A DNA stretch of 64,000 bases from Macrostomum lignano (GCA_002269645.1 NIVC01000291.1:1-64000), one strand, 5' to 3'. Positions 50,401-63,167 are shown, numbered from the stretch's first letter. Numbers and translations: made by a program. The notes: generated by a model from the sequence alone, not told the origin.

Positions 50401-52796
50401 ATCCAGACCCGGGGACAGACGCTGATGTCGCAGCCGACGCTGCTGGTCGCCGCCGCCGCTTGCCGCTGCTGCGCCCGCCGGACCCCGTGGTGTTCGCATC
50501 CGTGGAGGCCGAGTCGCCGGCCTGGGCGAAGCCGCTGGACGAGGCGCTGACCGGCCTGGCGCTGGAGGACCCCGGGCTGAGGCTGCGCACTGACGAGGAG
50601 ACGGGCCAGACTGTGCTGTGCGGCCTCGGAGAGCTGCACCTGCAGGTTCGGGTTCCGCTGAAGGACATCATAGCAACCTGAAGGTTTCCAACCTGAGGAA
50701 GGTTTCCAACCTGAGGAAGGTTTCCAACCTGAGGAAGGTTTCCAACCTGAGGAAGGTTTCCAACCTGAGGAAGGTTTCCAACCTGAGGAAGGTTTCCAAC
50801 CTGAGGAAGGTTTCCAACCTGAGGAAGGTTTCCAACCTGAGGAAGGTTTCCAACCTGAGGAAGGTTTCCAACCTGAGGAAGGTTTCCAACCTGAGGAAGG
50901 TTTCCAACCTGAGGAAGGTTTCCAACCTGAGGAAGGTTTCCAACCTGAGGAAGGTTTCCAACCTGAGGAAGGTTTCCAACCTGAGGAAGGTTTCCAACCT
51001 GAGGAAGGTTTCCAACCTGAGGAAGGTTTCCAACCTGAGGAAGGTTTCCAACCTGAGGAAAATTTCCAACCTAAAGGTCCAACCATTCAATCTTCCCATC
51101 TCAACCTAATGGATCCCATATCAACCTAAACGATCCCATTTCAAACAAAAAATTCCAATTTAACCTCCTAAAGGTTCTCCATCCCATCTCAACTTAAGTT
51201 TGCCTAAGTCTGAGAGTTTCCAGGCTGAAGGTTCCCAGCATCCGATCTCCATCAACTTCGCAGGTAGCGGGTCAGCGACTTCGAGAGCAGCTGGGACCGA
51301 ACGCTTTCCGCCTCGGCCCCGTGACCGTCTCCTACAGGGAGCGCCTGGTTGCCATGGCAACCATTGACAGCTACACGCTACGCACCGAGTCGCACGGCGC
51401 CCCAGTTGAGGTGACGGTGTCGCTGGAGCTGCTGCCGCGGCTGCCAGCAGACGAGGCGGACTCGGCGGCCGAGGCCAACTCCGAGACGGAGGTCGTCTTT
51501 GTGAACAGCGAGGCGCAGAACTGGGGCCAGCTTCCGCCACAGGCGCTTCGGGCTGTTCGCGAGGGCCTCGCCAAAGGACTGCGCGCCGGGCCGCTGGTCC
51601 GCGGCCAGGTCACCAACTGCAGCGTCCGGCTACTGCGGCTGGCGGTCGTCAGGGCCGGGCAGGAGGGGGTGCCGCCGGCCAAGTTCTTGCAACAGGTTGG
51701 CGCTCTGGTGGCTGCTGGGTCTAAGTGTGGATGGCGTGGGTTCCATTGTACATGAGGCAGTAAGACTTCCGATCCTGGGGGATACTCCAGGGTCTCTTGA
51801 TTAGGTCAGACTTCAGGCCTCATGATTGGGTCAGACTTCAGGCCTCATGATTGGGTCAGATTTCAGGCCTCATGATTGTGTCAGATTTCAGGCCTCATGA
51901 TTGGGTCAGACTTCAGGCCTTATGATTAGGTCAGACTTCAGACCTCATGATTGGGCCAGACTTCAGACCTCCTTTTGTGGTTAGACTTCAGGACCTCATG
52001 ATTGGCTGAGACTTCAGGCCTCATGATTGGCTGAGACTTCAGGCCTCATGATTGTGTCAGATTTCAGGCCTCATGATTGGGTCAGATTTCAGGCCTCATG
52101 ATTGGGTCAGATTTCAGGCCTCATGATTGGGTCAGATTTCAGGCCTCATGATTGTGTCAGATTTCAGGCCTCATGATTGTGTCAGACTTTAGGCCTCATG
52201 ATTGGGTCAGATTTCAGGCCTCATGATTGGGTCAGACTTCAGACCTCCTTTTGTGGTGAGACTTCAGGACCTCATGATTGGCTGAGACTTCAGTCTTATG
52301 ATTGGGGTAAGATTTCAGGACTTTTTTATAGGGTGAGAATTCAGGTGATGGGGTGAGACTTCAGGTGATCTAGTGAGACCTCATGAAAGCTTAAACTTCC
52401 ATTATCTCCCCGCCCATCCACCAGGTGACGTCAGCGATTTACTCGGCTGTCCGGCACCGGCTGTCCGCCGACTGCATGCAACTCACCGAGCCGCTGATGC
52501 GACTTCGCGTCGACCTCGCCGAAACCTCGGCGCCGCCGGCTGCCTTCGACGCCCTGCTGACGGAGCTGGCGCGCCGGCACTGCAGCGTCGAGCGGGTCGA
52601 CCGCGGCTGCTCCGGCGGCGGCTTCGATGACATCACAGTGCTGGAGGCCTGCGGTTCCGTGGCTCAGCTGGCCGGTCTGCCCTCAGCTGTCCGGTCGGCC
52701 ACTTCCGGCCACGCCGACCTGCACCTGCAGCTGCACGGCTACCGGGCCGTGTCCGACCAGCAGCAGGCGGTGCGCCGGATTCGATTTGGGGCCTGA
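47483..52796 (+). CDS. GFM2: Mitochondrial elongation factor G2 / ribosome-releasing factor 2, 7 exons, ~780 aa
   Basis: Exons: 47483-47813, 48229-48496, ~48570-49016 (acceptor uncertain), 49696-49949, 50407-50645, 51264-51695, 52425-52796. Motifs: [58 protein letters not shown]. Short Arg-rich, non-acidic N-terminal presequence. The GDTVTD/SAAV..WKG pattern matches EF-G2mt rather than EF-G1mt (recalled from memory). AATAAA at 53422. Confidence 0.88.
47908..48190. repeat. 32-bp minisatellite, GFM2 intron 1
   Basis: GCAGGGAGCAGATGCGGGCTCAGGTGGGGTTT, about 9 copies. Confidence 0.95.
48520..48620. repeat. ~28-bp repeat spanning GFM2 intron 2 and the exon 3 boundary
   Basis: CCTCCCAGATCCTCAGCTGCTGGGCCAG, about 3 copies. 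Confidence 0.8.
49080..49620. repeat. Degenerate purine-rich minisatellite, GFM2 intron 3
   Basis: GGATGAGAATGGGGATCAGAAGG units of about 22-30 bp. Confidence 0.85.
49949..50335. repeat. 20-bp minisatellite, GFM2 intron 4
   Basis: GGTGAGGCGGTCTGGCGGAG units starting exactly at the splice donor. Confidence 0.93.
50681..51075. repeat. Perfect 18-bp minisatellite, GFM2 intron 5
   Basis: AAGGTTTCCAACCTGAGG, about 21 identical copies. Confidence 0.98.
51800..52375. repeat. 25-bp minisatellite, GFM2 intron 6
   Basis: GTCAGATTTCAGGCCTCATGATTGG units. Confidence 0.95.
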
Positions 52797-52819
52797 GCTG
52801 CTGCTGACTGGCCTGGACT

Positions 52820-53175
52820 GACCTTTATTGACCTGATGGGTCAGGGATAACCCAGATTGACCTTTATTGACCTGACGGGTCAGGGATAACCCAGATTGAC
52901 CTTTATTGATTTGATGGGTTTGGGATTACCCAGATTGATCTTTATTGACCTGATGGATCAGGGATAACCTAGATAGGCCTTTAATGACCTGATGAGTCTG
53001 GGATAATCCAGATTAACCTTTATTGACCTAATGGGTCTGGAATAATCCAGATTAACCTTTATTGACCTGATGGAGTTTGGAGGACCTGGATTGATCTTTA
53101 TTGACCTGATGGGTCAAGGATAACCCAGATGGATCTTTATTGTCCTGACGTGCCTGGTATAACCTGGATTGACCT
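52820..53175. repeat. 39-bp minisatellite downstream of the GFM2 stop
   Basis: GACCTTTATTGACCTGATGGGTCAGGGATAACCCAGATT, about 9 copies. Confidence 0.9.
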
Positions 53176-54449
53176 ACCATACTTCTGTCCAACAAAGGAA
53201 GCAACACGCTGATTCGTGCCTCCACTAAATACCTGTATGTGCAGCTTGGAAAAGCACATTTGAAAATCAACTGAAAACCATCATATTTCAGAATTGTATT
53301 TGGCTAAGCGCTGATTGGTTAATTGTTGCTCATAATGCATTGTTAGTTTTTGTTAACTAAATCACTTGCACAGGCCAGTAACTGGGGCTGGCGCCAATTG
53401 CATTTACAATCCTCTGTTAAGAATAAAATTAATTGCATAGCCATTTGTTAGAGTCGGATAATACTTTATGTCACCGCAGGGTAATTCTTTACTGGCCTTC
53501 CTCATCACCGCAGGCAGTGCTCATATTCCAGTTGTTCCCGTCTTATCAGTGTCTTAATTAAAGTACAAATTTTGGTCCGTCGAATTGCTGCGCAGGCCTC
53601 AAAAGTGTCTTTAAACTGAAGTCCGGCTTCAGAGAAAAGTTCATTGAGTAGCTGCAGGATCTCCAGTCCGCCGCCCGCCGAAGCCAGCCGTGAGCCGTGA
53701 GCCGAAAACGAGCTGGCAGATGACGTTGCATGCTCATCAGAGTTGAGAAGAATGTACGTACTTTTGTCTGCCTTGGCCATGCACTCGTATATATTGGACA
53801 TGCATATAGGATTAACACAATGAAGACACCAGGACAAAATCAAATTAAACAGCATTTTGCCCATGAAACTAAGGCCAACTTGATTTTAGTAGTAGTATGT
53901 AGTCAATGTTCGCGATCTATATATGCTTCAAGTTCACATTTACATTCCGCTTATTAAAACAAAGCGAATCAGTAAATATATTTGTTAGATGATTAAGTAA
54001 AGTAAAGAGATACTTTCTAGCTGAAAATCTACTTTTAATAAAATTGAATGAAAATAAAATATTATACGCATTGTTGCATTTGGTTTTGAAAATACGACGT
54101 ATAATTATTATTTCTCAAAACCTCGGGAGATGGGAATGATGAGAATATAATATCGTTGAAAGTTATATGACTAGTAAAATCAAGCATTTGTTTCGCAGCA
54201 AAAGTACTGAGGAGTGTGGGGAGCTCCCCTATAAAATTTTTTTGTTTGATGCATATGATCAGAATGGGCTAGGCCTATGATTAATGAAGCAAGCTGTAGA
54301 CTGTAGTATAATAAATAAAATATTTCATAAACATAGAATAGCTTATGCCTGATTTAAATTAAAAATTAAAATATGGGATTAAAATATAAACGAAATTGAG
54401 TCTAAGAATTAAAATATTTAAATAATTAAATTAGTCTGTTTACTATAAA

Positions 54450-54635
54450 TGATTAAACATGCCTTTTTAGTTTTGAGAGAACTAGGCTATTAGTATAAAT
54501 TATGTCATGACTCATGAGGGTCCAATTGTCTAAATGCTTAATCTGGCAATGGATTTATTTATCAATCAATAAATTTATCAATTAATTTATGAGCTAGTTC
54601 TCAGAACTAGCTCCCTAAAAGGCATGCTTAATCTC
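54450..54635. repeat. Degenerate inverted-repeat (MITE-like) remnant
   Basis: GATTAAACATGCCTTTT/AAAAGGCATGCTTAATC arms and a perfect hairpin GAGCTAGTTC-TCA-GAACTAGCTC at 54591-54613. Confidence 0.5.
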
Positions 54636-57602
54636 TTTTGAAACTTAAACAAAAATATTTTATAGAATGTTATTGAATTTTATAAAATAAATTCCTAGAG
54701 AATACAAATAATGCCTAAAAAATCTTTGACTTTAGGCCTATATATCTATATTTTATATTATTATTAATATTATTACAATAATTAATATCAATTTGTATGT
54801 ATAGGCATTTATGGTAAAAATGTTTTCATTAGGCCCCTAGCCTAGGCTTATGCTAGGGGGTCCAGTGAGAAATTTTTTTTTTCAAAATCCAAATTTTAAT
54901 CAAGCCATATTGTAGCCCTGGGTATTATTAGTGAAATGACACTAGACTTTTAAAAATTGATCAAGTAATAAAAAAGTTATGAAGTTTTTCTTTTAAAAAA
55001 TGGTGTTTTTTTCCTATCTCAAATACACTAAAAACTGTGCCATTTTTGGGCTAAAAAGCATGTTTTTTGCAGTAAAATGTCTGTAACTTTTTTATTTCAT
55101 AACCGATTTTAGTGTTTTAGGTGTTACTTTGTAGATTTTTGTTACCATAACATTTTATAATATTTTTGTACATATATACTGTTCTATATATGTAGATATC
55201 TGGGGATTAAGACAAAAAAAAAGATTTTTTTTCTAGAGTACTATTTTTTGGCTTTATCACAGTATACTTTCTATTAACCTTAATTTATATTACTTTCATG
55301 TCAATGAAATACTTGTATACTATAATTAATAATATTTTTACTTTCTACTATAAGTAGTATGCAAATAGTTGACCATTATTTCCACGAACATGGGTCTTCC
55401 AAAGTACCACTCCAGATGTTTAAAAATTGATGTAGCTCCTGTCAATCGTAATCATCTATCTTCATGCTGAAGTCATTCAAAAGCTTTTTGTAGTCTATCT
55501 GACAAATGTAATGAATAAATGCTTTACTAAATAATGTTACTAAATCATGTACTTTCATGTTTGAAAAGGCCATGCCCGAATTCAGCAATTGAATCTACCT
55601 TTACAGTTTACCTGCATCATTTGATTCATTTACTTGTTCACTGTGTCCACTTTTCAGCACAATAGCTTTTCGTGGTAATCCAGTCAATTTGTCTGCTACC
55701 AATTCATCTGCAGTCAACTCGTCAGCAAATATCTGAATGAGCATTTTGTCTGCTATGCTGGCCTTCTCATTGTACTATGAGTCTACTACAGTACTACAAC
55801 TGTAGCTACTACAGTCAAGCCAGTCAGGCATGATCGAGACAATGTTACAGGGTGGGTTTCAGGGCTTTGACATGAATGTATAGGTCGCATCATTGGCAGT
55901 GTCCAGGGTGTCGGCTGCATTAGCCAGCAGGCAGTCAAGAAAATGCGAGTGTGTGCCTTTTGTCTCCAGTATTACAGTGCCTACAGTGTCAGCAGCATCT
56001 GCACTAGCTATGGGCGGTACGAATCGGCTTGGATGACATGGCCTGGCAGCTAGAGACTAGAGTTGCCAACTGCGCAACAGTTTGCTGGGACAGGACACCA
56101 GTTTGGTGATAGAGTGTTGCATTGGTGACTTGCTCGTAGCCAATTTAACAATCTTAAGGGCAATACACAGTGTGATTAAATTGTGTATGTATATGTACAT
56201 GTATGAGAGTATGACAATCGATTTGTCTGCTCCCGTTTTCATCCCCATCCACTTTATCTGCAAGTACCTAAATTGACTGAGAACCTCTTTAGTCAGCTCA
56301 GCTTTTACTCAGCTGGTACATTTTAGTGCTTTAATATTTTTAATTAGCTTGGCAGAATGCCTTAGTCTGCCTGCAGACACTGAACTAGACGTACTTTGTA
56401 ACCTGTGGGAGGCAGTAACAAAAGTGAAGTAGAAGGTGCAAGACCTGTAGAGGTCGAAGATGCGCGAGGAAGCTGCTGGCCAGGCACTTGTCTTTCCTGT
56501 AGTGGTCCCAGCTGCAACTGTGCCAGAGTTGACTTCCAGCACATCAGTTTGCCAGCCTAGGCCTCCTATTAATATTAATGATATTATAACCTCACTCTCA
56601 TCTTAAATAGGCGCTATATATATATTAGAAAATTCTAGCATACAATGGACCTAAAAATGGTTAAATATTAGATGATTTGCCAAAAAACTTTTCCAAAAGT
56701 TGATTTGCTAAAAACCTAATTAGAAAATGTATATCTACCCAATATATATTAAGCTATATATTACTATTATTAGTAGCTTAATAATATATTAGTAATGTAA
56801 CAAGGGTGTTTTTATACGATATAAAATCCCACTGGTTAGCTACTAGCTGTAACAGGTGTGGTTGCTCTCATTGAAATTATCCTATTGCTGCAACTAGCTA
56901 TTGTAGGGCTACTTTTCTAATTCCTAAAGCTGCCACCAAAGTTGTAACAGGGGTTACTTCTAGTGTTACCAAATATGTACTACTTTCTTACTACTTGATT
57001 TTATTGGTTGTTTCTTGTACTTGTATATTTACTGGTAGCATATGTATTTTTACTAGTAGCATCTGTACTTTTTAGCCTAAGTGGTCTAATGGCATTGTCT
57101 ATCCTATTCCTATATTCCTATTTCAAGATACTAGAATAATTTCAAACTTGAAGCAAGCAGTGGACAATTTGGTTTCCTTCTGATTCTGCTCGTGTATTTA
57201 TACCCCTTTCTCAGTTCGATTTTAAACAAATAAAATTTTATAATATTTATAATATTTTCAATATTATTGATATTATACTCATTAAAAGAAAAATAGCCTA
57301 GTTTCAAATACAATACTTTCTAAGAAAATAAGTGATGCTAAATAAGGCCTATCTCAGTAATAATATTTTAAGGACCTAGTGCTATTAAGTATTATGTATA
57401 TCTTAGTGCTATAATATTATCTTACTGTTTATACTTAGTTTTTCTAAGGGGGCCTATATGTCTAATAGTATCTAAGATAGAATTTCTATGCAAAATCCTA
57501 GACATGTTCTAGCCTATATGTACTAACAAAAACTTGCATACATTTTATATAAAACTTTATTGATCTATCTTTAGGAGATAGATCACTGATAGTAATAGGC
57601 TT

Positions 57603-58100
57603 GATAAGGATAGATCTCTAATGGATCAGGTTCTATATAAATATGCAACCCCTCTCCCTTAAATTATATTAACCATATAATTTACTTTTTTGAGTTTTTG
57701 ACCAAAAATGTAACTTGTCTATGAATAAAATATAGGCCTAAGCAAAAATTAATGTAATTTTTAAGTAAATAGAATAACTGATTGTTTTATTAAGGCTAAA
57801 TGCTTCAATATCTAATTAAAGTTCTATGTCTATATTTTTAAGTAGGCATTTTTGCAACTTACCTTGGCTAAGCCTCTTATTAGCTAGTCAGATTCACCAA
57901 GTTAGCTGGGTGTTATACATATATGAATATGAGGATCTAAATCTTCAATAGATCAAACTAGCAACTGTTTAAACAAAAAAGTTTGGTAAATGTTAGATTA
58001 GTCTTTTTTGTTAATAGCTATTAGCAATAAATAAATTGCATTTTTTCTAGTCTGATTATTAAAGATTTAGATCCTGATCTATTGGAGATCTATCCTTATC
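57603..58100. repeat. Degenerate foldback element
   Basis: 28-bp inverted repeat (2 mismatches) at 57603-57630 and 58073-58100, with a nested inner inverted repeat at ~57935-58075. Confidence 0.5.
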
Positions 58101-60118
58101 TATCAATTATCTATAAATAAAATGTGAAAATAAAAAATTATTTAGTGTCATGAACTAAAAGATTATTGGTTTATTAATATATGCATAGGTTTTTTCTGCT
58201 TTTATACCTTATAATTACAATAAACTGTTTATAGCTGCTTATACAAATTTCATTTGTTTGCATTGATTTATTAAAAAAATATTAAAAATCTCATTAAAAA
58301 ACTTTCAAAATCTCACTGGTATCCTTCCTAAGATGCTTAGTGCTTATAATACTATAATACATTGACTTATTTGACAAATTAAGTTATAAAAATGCTGTGT
58401 ATAGCATGCAATAGGAAGCCTTTTTGGAGATTACACATGTATATCAGTATATGTATAGGATGTTGGAGCCAAATTGAGACTTATTTGCAAAAATGGAAAA
58501 GGCAATATATTTGATATATATTGAAATATTTTAAAATATATATATTTGTTCTTCTGGTCTCTCACTTCTATGGCTCTAGGTTTACTTCAAATATCAATGC
58601 GAGAGCCAAATAACTGAGGTGGTAGATTCAACTGACTTTTCCTGATAATGCAAACACTTGATGGTAACTTACAGACCATTGTATTTGATGGTCACAATCT
58701 TGAGAGTTATCTTACAAAATATAATGTCTAAAATGGAATTCCAAATAAGAAGCTCGTTCAATTCAAGTTATAAGGGGCTCCTAATTATATGGGTGAACTG
58801 AAGGTTCAATCTTTTGTAGAATGTAGGTTGCCTGTTGGTTTAGTTTAGTGAGTCAATTTATCAGTTTTAGTATTTGGGTTAAGACCCTAATTGTAACAAT
58901 CAAAAGTAGTCAAAGGATCGAGGTAGGCTAGAATGGCTAGAAGGGAGAAGAGAGGGTGGAAGAGAGGCAAGCTTCTTGCTTGGTTAACATGAGCTTTTAT
59001 AGTACTTTTCAGTCTTGATCACATTGGATGGTACATAACTGTTTTTCATTGGTTGAGGCTGGGGTAGTGTCCTCAGCTTTTGCTAGTTATAGTGCATTCA
59101 TTGGTTAAAATACATTCAATCTAGATGGGAACTTTCTAGAGCCAAAATGTGTCACTTCAATATAAGTGGTAGCCAAAAGCTATCTTATTAGGCAAGTCTA
59201 TGAGGAGACCATGTCATTTTATATATCTATTTCTAGATATTATTAGCCTTAAGATGTGGCTAGAATTATTGACATGCATCTACAACCTAATCTTATAATT
59301 AATCTGCCATCTCCTTGGTGACAGACTATAGAGGCTGTTCTGGAGCTGCCACTGTCTCGTGGTATTTCTTGTACTTTAATTTGCAATAGTTACATGTATG
59401 CTCAATTAGGCTAACATATTTATCTTGTTCGTATGTACATTCACCCAAATTTATTGATTGCCCCACCCCATATTGCACTCAATCATATTGTACACTCATT
59501 CACTTTTAAATATCGACCTAAAGTATCTCGCTCAAAATATACTCTTTTTGTTTTCATAGCTTATAGCTAAGTGTCTCAATTTCCATATAGTTATTCTAAC
59601 AACCGGAGGCTTTTTGGCATAAAACATTTAAGTGTCTGGTTTTTTGGTCTGCAGCTCAAATGTATCCCAAATATATAGTTTAGAAGGTTTGCATCTAGAC
59701 TAGAAGGGACCAAATCTCCTTTGGCCAGAGCATATTTAGTTTTGCCACTATCCAATTTAGCTAATTGAAAGACATGGTCTTTTTGTTGCTATTTGATCAG
59801 TCCATGGCTTTACTACATCTCAAAGGACCTCCATGTACACCTTGTTCACATTCTGTGTGAAACATCTCTTGAGGTCTTTCAACAAATGCAGGTGCTCTTA
59901 AGAAGTCTGGCACTTATTTCTAGTGCTTCCTATAAGAACTCCTCTACTCCCTTTCTTCTTTAACTATGTGACAACATTGGTATACTATTGAGCTAGGTAA
60001 CCATATCACCTGAATGATCTTTGCAAGGCAGTTCCTGGTGTGGAGTAGGAATAAAATGTGAATAAGTTTTGGTTTGTCTTAATTTGGCTCTAATACCCTA
60101 TATGAGTATGGCACTAGT

Positions 60119-60285
60119 CATGCTTGGGCGCAACCTTGGGATTCACTTGGCCGTTTCTATTGGCAACACACACATGTAAGTCGCTATGGACGGAATAGTA
60201 TTCACGTGACTGTTCTCAGCCAATAGCAACTTACATGTATGTGTTGCCAATAGAAACGGCCAGGTGATTCCCAAGGTTGCGCATG
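60119..60285. mobile_element. 167-bp MITE with ~62-bp TIRs and a 12-bp target-site duplication
   Basis: The arms GCGCAACCTTGGGA(T/A)TCAC(T/C)TGGCCGTTTCTATTGGCAACACA... are near-perfect inverted repeats. Direct repeat TATGGCACTAGT at 60107-60118 and 60286-60297. Confidence 0.85.
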
Positions 60286-60939
60286 TATGGCACTAGTGCT
60301 AGCCATTATTGAGATTAGAGGTTCATGACACCAAGACTGAGTCCTAATATAATTGAATATTACCTCTTAGAATTACACTTGCGCTTCCTGTTATATGGAC
60401 TATTCCTTTTTATTTTCTTAGTAATTCTCTTTGAACTATTTATTTATAATTCTTAATAAATCCATTTTAAATGAAGAAAATATATTTGTTATGAACTGAA
60501 AGTATTTTTTGCACAGAAATAGTGTTCTATTTTTAAAAAAGGTTTTATTTTTGTTATAAATGTGTCCTAACATAACCCTATATATTCAATATAATAGCAA
60601 ATAACCAAACACAAGAACAACTCCAACTTAAAGATAGGTCTGCTCAAAAGACCCTAATACAAGGTTCATAGTAGCATGTAGTCTTACAAAATGTTATTTG
60701 CATAATTTCAAATTAGCAAATTAATAGTTATAGCTTACCAGACTATAGCTTAGAGGGGTTAATAGCTTGCATAACAAAAATTGTAGCATAAGCATCACAT
60801 CTCCATGGTTTTAAGTTTTATAGGGAATTTTATGTATGATAACTTTTAATACATATTGTTTGTTTACCATTGCCGTAGCTAACACTGTTTTCATTGTGCT
60901 AGCAACATTTTCTTGTATGTATTTTCTTAATAACAAAGA

Positions 60940-60958
60940 ACTACATTGACTCTTGCAG
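60940..60958 (+). promoter_or_regulatory. 3' splice acceptor directly before Rap2 codon 2 (candidate trans-splice site)
   Basis: TACATTGACTCTTGCAG|AAG GAG TAC; there is no in-frame ATG adjacent. Confidence 0.7.
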
Positions 60959-62272
60959 AAGGAGTACAAAGTTGTTGTCCTGGGCAGCGGAGGCGTGGGC
61001 AAGAGCGCCCTAACTGTGAAGTTTGTGTCCGGAAATTTTGTGGAGAAATATGATCCTACGATTGAGGACTTCTACAAAAAGCATATCCGGTGAGTGAGTG
61101 GGTTTTATGACATTGTGAGACTGATGAAAAAGTCAAATTTATTTCAATACTGAGCACTTCAAGGTGACTCTGAGCAGTGTTCTGGGGGGGGGGGCTTCAA
61201 ACTGAAGGCAGCAGGATTCTAAGGGCAAGGTAGAGACGGGACTCCAAGGATTGGCAGCGTGACTCCAAAAATCTGGCAGCGTGACTCCAAAAATCTGGCA
61301 GCGTGACTCCAAAAATCTGGCAGCGGGACTTCAAGAGTCAGATAGCGGAACTCCAATGGCTTGGCAGCGGGACTCCAAGAGGAAGACAGTGGGACTCCGA
61401 GCAAGGCAGTGGGACTCCAAGGGCTTGGCAGTTGGACTCTTAAGACCAAGACAGTGGGATTCCGAGCAAGGCAGTGAGACTCCAAGAGCAAGGCAGTGAG
61501 ACTCCAAGAGCAAGGCAGTGAGACTCCAAGAGCAAGGCAGTGAGACTCCAAGAGCAAGGCAGTGAGACTCCAAGAGCAAGGCAGTGAGACTCCAAGAGCA
61601 AGGCAGTGAGACTCCAAGAGCAAGGCAGTGAGACTCCAAGAGCAAGGCAGTGAGACTCCAAGAGCAAGGCAGTGAGACTCCAAGAGCAAGGCAGTGAGAC
61701 TCCAAGAGCAAGGCAGTGAGACTCCGAGAGCAAGGCAGTGAGACTCCGAGAGCAAGGCAGTGGGACTCCGAGCAAGGCAGTGGGACTCCGAGCAAGGGTC
61801 CCTCAGCTGCAGACCCTCTGAATCAGTGCTCGGCTGCAACGCGGCCCTCCCCACCTCGGCCAGGGTGGACCAGCAGCCCGCGGTGCTGGAGATTCTGGAC
61901 ACGGCTGGCACCGAGCAGTTCACCTCCATGCGCGACCTGTACATCAAGAACGGCCAGGGCTTCGTGGTGCTGTTCAGCGTCACCTCCATGCAGACCTTCC
62001 GCGACATCCAGCAGCTGCGTGAGCAGATCTCCCGGGTGAAGAACCAGCCCCGCTGCCCCATCGTGCTGGTTGGCAACAAGGCCGATCTGGCCGAGCTCCG
62101 CCAGGTATCTGGGCAGGACGCCCTTGCGCTGGCCGAGCAGTGGGGCTGTGCCTACCTGGAGACCTCGGCCAAGACCGGCCACAATGTTGAAGAAGTCTTC
62201 CTCGAGGTTGTCAACGAGATGACGGCCGCTGCCACCAAGCCGCCTTCGCGCGGCTGCTGTCGCCTGATGTGA
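60959..62272 (+). CDS. RAP2: Rap2-like Ras-family small GTPase (initiator Met not in these exons), 179 aa + Met
   Basis: Exons 60959-61089 and 61864-62272 (GT-AG, phase 2). Sequence [16 protein letters not shown], effector YDPTIEDFY (Rap2-type FY), DTAGTEQ (Rap Thr61), NKAD, ETSAK, C-terminal CCRLM CaaX. Confidence 0.92.
61240..61800. repeat. 22-bp minisatellite, Rap2 intron
   Basis: GCAGTGAGACTCCAAGAGCAAG and related GACTCCAAAAATCTGGCAGCGT units. Confidence 0.95.
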
Positions 62273-62580
62273 CTGCCTGGCGTGACCGGCTCTGCATGAC
62301 CATCTTTGTGTATGACTGGCTCTGCATGACCATCTTTGTGTATGACTGGCTCTGCATGACCATATTTGTGTATGACTGGCTCTGCATGACCATTTTTGTG
62401 TATGACTGGCTCTGCATGACCATCTTTGTGTATTACTGGCTCTGCATGACCATCTTTGTGTATGACTGCTTCTGCATGACCATCTTTGTGTATGACTGGC
62501 TCTGCATGACCATCTTTGTGTATGACTGGCTCTGCATGACATCTTTGTGTATGACTGGCTCTGCATGATCATCTTTGTAT
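62270..62580. repeat. 30-bp minisatellite beginning at the Rap2 stop codon
   Basis: ATGACTGGCTCTGCATGACCATCTTTGTGT, about 10 copies. Confidence 0.95.
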
Positions 62581-63167
62581 TACTGCTGTTTTACGTACAT
62601 ACGCATGTAATGACCAGCTCTATAAGTCTATGCATATATGACTATTTATATGACAGGTCCGAATAATCCTGGTTCCGGCTTTATGATTATCGTGTGTGAT
62701 AATCCCCGGCACTGGTAAACTATTCCAGCACAACCTGCTGTCTTGTCTGGAGCTTTCAGAACTTATTTTGCTGCTTTAGTAGCGGAATGTTTTTCTTTTA
62801 TCATTTGGCTAATGGCCAGATTTGTACACAGTCCCAAAATGGATGTCTGTTTCCACTCGCTCTATTGCCAAGTATTGCTCCCAGCCCAAGAATAGCATAT
62901 TTTACTGATATTTAAATATTTTTCCTTGCCTATCGCGTACTCCTACTTATTAGTAGCCTGTAAAGAAATTGCCGCTGCCTTTTTGCTGTGATTGTCCACC
63001 TATTCCAGAGGACCAAACAAAAACACTGGATGCATGTAGTTTCTAAGGTGCTGAAGTGCAGGCTGTTGCCACTTTCATGATCACATGACTTCAATTTTTA
63101 TACTGGCCGTTTTGCTCCAGTATGCTGCTTCCCTCTTCCACCGTTTTGTACCAAGCCCCAGTCCTGG

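Noticed and set aside
49795-51109. Long ORFs 49905-51086, 49795-50385, 50618-51109 and 50668-51099
   Set aside because: They are read-throughs of 18- and 20-bp intronic repeats or antisense to GFM2 exons.
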